Shown: positions 56,494 through 64,000 of the stretch, one piece after another
Numbering within the stretch: position 1 is the stretch's first letter
Layout of the letters: every line of letters begins with the position of its first letter
Translations under genes and position numbers: made by a program
Source of the DNA: Octopus vulgaris
Taxonomy: Eukaryota
Direction of reading: 5' to 3'
DNA length: 64,000 bases
Assembly (NCBI GenBank): GCA_951406725.2
Contig: OX597821.1
Coordinates: forward strand, 106,516,001 to 106,580,000
Notes under the pieces: generated by a model
Told to the model about the DNA's origin: nothing
The model's input: the letters and a program-made list of their open reading frames with translations, nothing else
The model's database searches: none

Positions 56494-57542
56494 ATGGAAT
56501 CACCAAATGAAGTAAACAAAACGTGGAAGACAAGTTCATGTAGTATAGATATGGAAAACACCTCTCTATTGCTAAAAGCAGTAAAGGAAACCAGTCTAAA
56601 TGAATATATACAGAAATTGAAACATGTAGCAATTGTACGCTATGTTCCTTCAAAATTTAACCTAGAAATCTGGAAAAATTCTACCCTGAAAACACGAATG
56701 TTGTATCTCTGTCTTCTTGGATTATATTTGGTTCCATTAATTGATAATTTCCGTATTGCGTGGTTTATAGTAGAACATCTTTTATCAAATGATGGTGGAG
56801 AGGCTTTAGCAAAATTTCTGGTTATGTTTATAAAATTGTTCTCAACTACAACTGCTCTAATCATTATCTGGAAACGAGATGATATAAATCACTTACTCCA
56901 GGAATATGAAGACTATGTACCACTACATCAGGATGAAAGATTTATGGAGAAATACTACAAATTTGGAATGCGTTACCTCAAATCTAATGTCTGTTTAAAT
57001 TTTCTGTCCTGTTTTGTATTATTTTTCCCGTAGTTTTCCGGGACCCCCTTTATTTACTGGACATCTTAACTTTCCCTGTATCAAGAGACAGCAATTTATA
57101 TTTGCTTATGTTGATCATAAGTTTTCTATCCTCTATATTCAGCCTATTTATTTATCTTCCTTATATAGCTATAGAAGGTATATTTGAATCATTTTTCATT
57201 GATGAATATAATTATTTGTCAGAGATATTCAGAAACTTCATACGCCAACAAAGTAATCGGAAACATATGCTCGAAGAACATGCAAATCGCAGTGAAGGAT
57301 TAATTGAACTAATTAACCAACATGCAAAACTCTGTCGATTATTAAATATTACAAATAAGGTATTTCAGTTTCTCACTGCTGTGATTTTATTTCTGCACAT
57401 GATAAACCTCTGTGCGATAGCATATGAACTTTCAAATAACCTAGTCACTGCAAAAAGCTATACATTCCAAATTGCTCCTGCTGCAATGAGTGCAACATTT
57501 TGTGTATGTCGGCTCTATTCAGGAATTAAGATTAATGACAGT
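56494..57542 (+). pseudogene. GRL long N-terminal exon C with a single 1-nt frameshift (pseudogene or assembly indel)
   Basis: ORFs 56494-57033 and 57102-57560 join into about 350 codons if one base is added near 57000; motif HAKLCRLLNITNKVFQ matches exons A/B; phase-0 donor AGT|gtaagt at 57543. Confidence 0.75.
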
Positions 57543-57845
57543 GTAAGTATTACTTTGTAGTATTTTCTAATGAGTAATTTTTTAATGATTAAATATCTTC
57601 TCTATTTTATAAAGCATGTATATTTAAGGATATTCGCAGACATGTCTGTTTGGTTGAGTATCCCGCTCAGCGATAACGTGATTTCAGCTTCACTCTTATA
57701 CTGAGATGCATTGGTCAAGTTTTTTTTTTATACTGTAGCCTCATGAGGACCAATTCCTTGTGCGTAAATTTGGTAGATGAAAATCTTTGTAAAATCCATG
57801 ACAAAAACACACACGTGTGTGTGTGTATGTGTGCTAGTGTCCGTG

Positions 57846-57893
<48 letters not shown>

Positions 57894-57974
57894 TATATAT
57901 ATATAATATTAGGGAGTAAGTCCAAACTTACAGGGAAAAATTAGATTTAGGATTAAATCTAATTTTACAGTATA

Positions 57975-58555
57975 AATATAAATTAGAGATAAACCCACCA
58001 TTAGGCAAATCAAACAGTGAAAAATATAAAGCAAAACATAGAAATAAAATTAATTAATATAATATACAAGATATATTTAAAAAATTTCAAACTTTAAATT
58101 ATTTAAATTTAAAGTTAAAAATTTTAAATTATTAATTTATATTTATGAATTTATATATATATATATATATATATTTATTTATTTTTCTAAATTAAATATA
58201 TATAACTATCAAAAAGTATTAAAAAGTTTAGTATAAGATAAAAAGTATTTTTATTTTTTACTTTTTATCTTATATTAAACTTTTCAATACTTGTTCATAG
58301 TTATATATATTTAATTAAAAAAAAAAAATATATAAAATAAATAAAAAATGTATATATATACATATATTTATATATATATTTATAAATTTATAAATATAAA
58401 TTAATAATTTTAAATTTTTAACTTTAAATTCAAATAATTTAAATTTTGAACTTTTTTATATATTTAGTATATTATATTCATTAATTTTATTTCTATGTTT
58501 TGGTTTATATTTTTCACTGTTTGATTTGCCTAATGGTGGTTTTACCTCTAATTTA
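57975..58555. repeat. Long AT-rich inverted repeat (arms about 280 bp)
   Basis: ccaccattaggcaaatcaaacagtgaaaaatataaa at about 57995 is mirrored by tttatatttttcactgtttgatttgcctaatggtgg at about 58504. Confidence 0.88.
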
Positions 58556-58584
58556 TATATATATATATATATATATATAAATAC

Positions 58585-58860
58585 ATACAGGGTGTGGTCA
58601 GTAAACTGTCGACACTGTCACGCATATAAAATCACCATTGGCTTCAACCACGGCCGCCAGAGGACTTCGGAATATCTTGTAACGCTTCTGGACGGTCTGC
58701 TTCTTTACGTTGGTTAATGTTCCACAAGACTTGTCTTCAGTTCCTCTTTTGTGTTACAAGGGGTTTTGCTGAACTCTCCCAGAACTGCACCCCACACATA
58801 ATAGTCAAGGGGATTGCAGTGTGGGGAGTTTGGTGGTCGGATTTTAGGGGAGATGTATTG
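58585..58860 (-). mobile_element. Tc1/mariner-superfamily transposase 3' remnant
   Basis: Minus strand encodes PPNSPHCNPLDYYVWG, a variant of the WPPxSPDxNP motif; left terminus tacagggtg. Confidence 0.7.
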
Positions 58861-59516
58861 CTCATAAACACACACATCGCCCGGTCTGAGATTCGAACCC
58901 GCGATCTCTCGACTGTGAGTCCGCTGCTCTAACCACTATGCCATGTGCCTCCACTCCTTCAGACTGGTACAGTTAAATGACTTGGATGCAGCCATCCTAG
59001 GCTTTTGTCAGCTTCAAAACGTAAACAAACACAGAAAAAGTTCATGAAAGGCGAAAAATTATAAAAACACAGAAAAACCTCGCAACATATGTGTAAAATA
59101 CTACAAAAATTCAGGAAAATACCTAAAATAAAATTTTAATTCATATAAGCATAGGTAATGTACGTTTTGTAAAGTTTTCACAAAAATAACGAAATCGAAG
59201 AATGTACAGAGAGACCGCCTGCAGAGAAGATTCACCACAGCGTGACATTAATAGAACATGTAAGTTGTCATATGTTGCTATGGTAACTAGCTGTTAATAC
59301 CTTGCTGTCTGTTGATTGGCTAAAATTACACAAATTTTACAATTTTAATTCTAAATAACAACAGATTCTGGAATTTACGCGATGAAGCAATTGGTTGAGT
59401 GTAATAAAAATTCCAAACTCCATCCCAAATTTGATATCAATCTGTGCAAAATGAAAGGGGGCTGATTTTGTGACTCAAACTAACTAGATTTCTGTACTTT
59501 AGCTGAATAGTAAATA

Positions 59517-61411
59517 TTAGTGGCTGGCTTCGAGCTGCAAGTGCTGTTTTACCAACGAAGGCAAAATAGCAAATATGCTGTATTGGAAATAGTATATCGA
59601 TCTTAGGAGAAAAATACTCACCTTTAGTTTGGCTCCTATTTGAATGAAAACCTTAATCTTCAGGGAGTCAGGCTTGATCATCGTAATGTGTAATCGGAAA
59701 CCTCCACGCGAAATTACATCAAAACGGTTGCAAACCTTGTTTTGCAGTCTGGCAACGGTACCAAAGTCCATCTCGACGAGGTATGAACTTGGAAATGACA
59801 GGGAAAATATTTTAGCCTCTGAGTACAGAAGAGGAAACCTACGCTGAACGTCCTCTTTGATCCAAAACAGGGATTCGCCTATTTTTTGAAATCGAATTTT
59901 CATTTAATCATCTGTTTCAGGCTCCATAAATTCTTCCTGGATTTTAATGTCCACGTCATAGACGTTAGCAATGAATGGATCAGCAGTCCAAATCGGGATA
60001 TCCATTTGTACAATATCTGCAAAGTGTTCTCTCATGTCTGCTTGTAATGCCCGAAGGTGTGCGGCATAAATTTGGCGATGCTTATTGCTAATTATTTTCT
60101 TAACATTTATAACGCTTAAAGAATTATAAAATTCCCTTCGACAAAGATTCCTCTCGAAGAAGTTCAACTTGGCCAAGAATGCTGTAATAGCACTCATAGC
60201 TTTATGAAAACTGATATTCGTCCCCTGTAAAACCAGTATGAGTGTTGCATTTGTTAAAAATATTGGCAAGGTAGACACAGTCTTCATCTTACTTCGAAGG
60301 TTTTCTCATACCAATTTTCATTTCGTCCTTGTAGAAACTCAATTATAGAGTCAAAAAGGAAAATACTTTCCCTTTGAAAGCCACTTCACTTCAGTATGAA
60401 GAAGTAATTGTACGAACTTATCGTCATTATACTGTCAGAGCTGCCGAAAAACTCGCTCACTGAGGGCACGGCGCTTAATAAAATTGATAACATTGATTGC
60501 TACCGGCAAAGACTTGCTGAACGATTCCCTGAGTTTCTTCGCAGTCAGATTCTGTCAGTGAATCAGACAATGCACAGCAAAAACAGATGGATTTTCTTTT
60601 TTCAGAAGAGAAATGAACACCTTATGTTGACTGACCATTGCTCTTACGTCATGCGGAGCGCAAAGAACAATATTGTTGAGGGGCAAAGCATTTTCTTAGA
60701 ATTATGCGCTGACTGAGTTAAATGTTGTAACCTCATAGATGTCTAGGCAGATTCAAAGCAAAACGCAGCTCCTTGAGCAATTCGTGTTGATGGAAGAACC
60801 TGATATTTCTAAACAGCAGAGACTAGTTTCCGCAGAGTGTTATCTCATGAATTTGTAGAGCAAACTGTTGATTTTAAAATGCTGCATAACTTTTGTTCCA
60901 CGTTATCCGCCATTTCATCTATTCGTCTATTTATTGAGTCATTATTCAAAGGAATACGTTTAATGGTCTGTACGGGATTCTGATGAAGTACAGTTGAAAG
61001 AACCTCACTGATGACAGGAACCAACAATAATTCACCTGTGGAATGGGGTTTACCGCACTTCGCGAAAATATTATAAGATGAAATAAGTCCGTAAACATTA
61101 GACGCATTAACCTGAGAAAATGCTGAAGATAAAAACATTGTTTTGTTGAAATAATCTTCTTTTAGGGAGTGAAAATACTGCAAGTCCTTATCTTACTTAT
61201 CGGGATGCTTCAAATCGAAGCGCCATTTCAAACGTGATGGTTTCATCGTCTCATTAGAAAAAGACTTCTTGCAGACTATATGCATTGGTGACAAGTGGTT
61301 AGACGGTGATGGAATGAATCTAAACTGCAAATAATCGATGTTGTATTGTCTGCACTTTTTTCCTAAACGATGATGCCACAGTTTTCTCGATAAAATCACG
61401 CTACTGTTCAC
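59517..61411 (-). mobile_element. hAT (Buster/Charlie, ZBED5/SCAND3-like) transposase remnant
   Basis: Minus-strand ORFs: KCRQYNIDYL...SNETMKPSRL; KPHSTGELLL...IPLNNDSINRRIDEM; FPSSYLVE dimerisation motif; many frameshifts. Confidence 0.88.
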
Positions 61412-62329
61412 CTATATATACAGATCAAAGTTTTATAAACAAACTTGCTTTTATGAGTCCTGGTAAATGTGATAGTTTCAGCGGTTTAAATACAATAACA
61501 CTAAAATATGCAGAACACGGTTGAGCCGGACAGCAAGCGTTTGGCAATGAAAAAAAAACACTGTGTCAATGATTGAATTTAGGTGGGGAGTGTTTTACGG
61601 TCAATAAATAGTGCAGTAGCAAAGTCCAAGCGAAGTCATGTGTATTTAAGGAAAGAGAGTGTCTAGGCGAATAGAAACAACGATGGAGACATTTTCCAGG
61701 TCAGTAAACGCAGCTAGAAGATGAGATCGTGGTAACTGGGATGACACCAATGACCTGCAAGTAAATTCACCATGAGTTTTTACGGATCTTATGTATACAT
61801 ACATTCATATAATATATTTGGGCACTTTAACAAGAACTGAAGACTGGGCCAAACTATAGATTATGTACACATACATTCATAGACGAAATTATGCTAAAAC
61901 CCCTCATATCGTAACTATTTTCACGAATTTTTACAAAATTCTTTCGATTCTGTTTTCCGCATAATGAAATTGAATCGATTATGCAAGAAAAAAACTTTTA
62001 AAATTTCAGCCAATCAGAACGCAACGCGTTCGCTGCTTCTTCCACCAACGGAGCTGTGGGGAACATCGGCATGTCAAAACATTGCTACTTCGCTTGTACA
62101 CGCACACTGTACTAACACAGAGTTGAGCGTTCGCTATCTCACTTCTAATGCTCGTCGCACACGCTCACACGCTCACATCTAACATTCGCACACTATTTGC
62201 CATTACACGTTCCTTCCTTATTCATCTATCACCCCTTCCTTTTTCATTCATCTATCACCCTTTCCCTTCTCATTCATCTATCACCCCTTCTTTTCTCATT
62301 CATATGTTATGACAGAAAAACACAAGACT

Positions 62330-62762
62330 ATTACTCTCTTTACTCTTTACTCTCTTACTTGTTTCAGTCATTTGACTGCGGCCATGCTGGAGCACCGCCT
62401 TTAATCGAGCAATTTAACCCCAGGACTTATTCTTTTGTAAGCCCAGTACTTATACTATCGGTCTCTTTTGCCAAACCGCTAAGTAACGGGGACATAAACA
62501 CACCAGCATCGGTTGTCAAGCGATGTTGTGGGGGACAAACACAGACACACAAACACACACACACACATATATATATACATATATATACATATATACATAT
62601 ATACGACAGGCTTCTTTCAGTTTCCGTCTACCAAATCCACTCAAAAGGCTTTAGTTGGCCCGAGGCTATAGTAGAAGACATTTGCCCAAGGTGCCACGCA
62701 GTGGGACTGAATCAGGAACCATGTGGTTGGTAAGCAAGCTACTTGCCACACAGCCACTCCTA
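62330..62762 (-). mobile_element. SINE family A, full length
   Basis: Reverse complement of the complete SINE A. Confidence 0.87.
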
Positions 62763-64000
62763 TAGTAAGAAAGATTATCTTTCTCGTTTCCCCTTCCCCT
62801 CATGGTGCGCATGCGCAGCATCTTTGCGTACTATGGAATCAGAGCTATTCGCCACGATAATGTATTAAATTCTTGCTTCTGATTGGCTAAAATAACCAAA
62901 GTTTACAAATTGTTATGGCTAAGAACATTTTAACTATAGATTTATGGGGGAAATAAATTTTATTTTCATAATTAATATACATAACTTAATCTGTATAGCA
63001 AATTTGAAAACAATTTGAACGAAATTGGAAACTGTGACGAAGTCCACGTCGAATTTTCAGGATGTAACAGTCTCCATCGTTTCTACCTTTATAATTATTG
63101 AATACTTTAATATCCCTTGCTTCAACAGAAGTGTTAAATTACAGGACACAATTCAAATGCCTTGACACTCCTATGCTGCTTAACTCAAGAAACACAAATC
63201 AAGCCAAAATCTTGAGCTTGAAGAAGCTCTCTTTAAAAGTGCCCTTCACAATTCTTTTTTCAAGAAAAGACCATGTTGTTTAGAGTTTCTTTCAAACTTC
63301 CATTTCATTTTTAAAGAAAAATAGTCAAACAATAAACATTTCAAATTCAAGCTGGACTCTGTTTTCATTTGATATTTGGAAACGAGCAATTCTGAGCACT
63401 GGAAAATGGAGCTCTTTAGAAATAACATATGAAAAGTCTTTTTTCATTTGTATACACACACAAACATATACACGCACTCACACTCACTCACACACACCCA
63501 GACACACACAGACAGACACACAAAGACATGCAGGCATGCACAAATATACATACATATAAATAAACACGTATGTACATATGGATATAAACTCAGATTTATA
63601 TAGAGAGATATCATCATCGTTTAACGTCTGTTTTCCATGGGTTGGACGGTTCAACTGGGGTCTGGGATACCAGAAGGCTGCGCCAGGCCCAGTCTGATCT
63701 GGCAGTGTTTCTACAGCTGGATGCCCTTCCTAACGCCAACCACTCCGTGAATGTAGTGGGTGCTTTTTACGTGCCACCTGCACAGGTGCCAGACGAGGCT
63801 GGCAAACGGCCACGATCGGATGATGCTTTTTACGTACCACCGGCACGGGGTCCAGACGAGGCTGGCAACGGCCACAATCGGATGGTAGATATATATATAT
63901 ATATATACATAAAATTATGTATATGTGTAAATATAAACATAATTGTTAGTTTTATAAACGTGATTGTGTGTATGAAATCACTTACAATCATGTTTGAATA

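Noticed and set aside
59517-61411. Domesticated ZBED5/SCAND3-like host gene
   Set aside because: Multiple frameshifts and stops indicate a decayed hAT transposon.
57543-64000. C-terminal exons for exon C
   Set aside because: No 69-nt, 90-nt or TY-motif exon was recognised by eye; they presumably lie beyond the window or have been lost.

Overview
AT-rich, microsatellite- and transposon-dense eukaryotic DNA. The SINE, Penelope and microsatellite landscape looks like an octopus (cephalopod) genome, which is an inference. Most ORF-track entries are translated microsatellites or decayed mobile elements. The real gene content is a plus-strand tandem cluster of gustatory-receptor-like (GRL, insect GR/OR 7TM ion channel superfamily) genes. 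Each follows the GR architecture of one ~1 kb N-terminal exon plus three short C-terminal exons (69 nt, 90 nt, terminal TYhhhhhQ exon) separated by phase-0 introns. The window holds: (i) the last three exons of one gene (154-222, 2141-2230, 5697-5753); (ii) a locus with two intact paralogous long exons (18811-19812, 29289-30299) but only one set of C-terminal exons (33507-33575, 36718-36807, 44534-44599), suggesting alternative N-terminal exons spliced to a shared pore-forming C-terminus; (iii) a third, more divergent long exon with a 1-nt frameshift (56494-57542), whose 3' exons were not found in the window. Mobile elements include an R4/Dong-type retrotransposon in (TAA)n, CR1/L2-like LINEs, Penelope-like elements with hammerhead-like motifs, tRNA-derived SINEs, Tc1/mariner and hAT remnants and a non-autonomous Helitron. 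Repeat boundaries are approximate.
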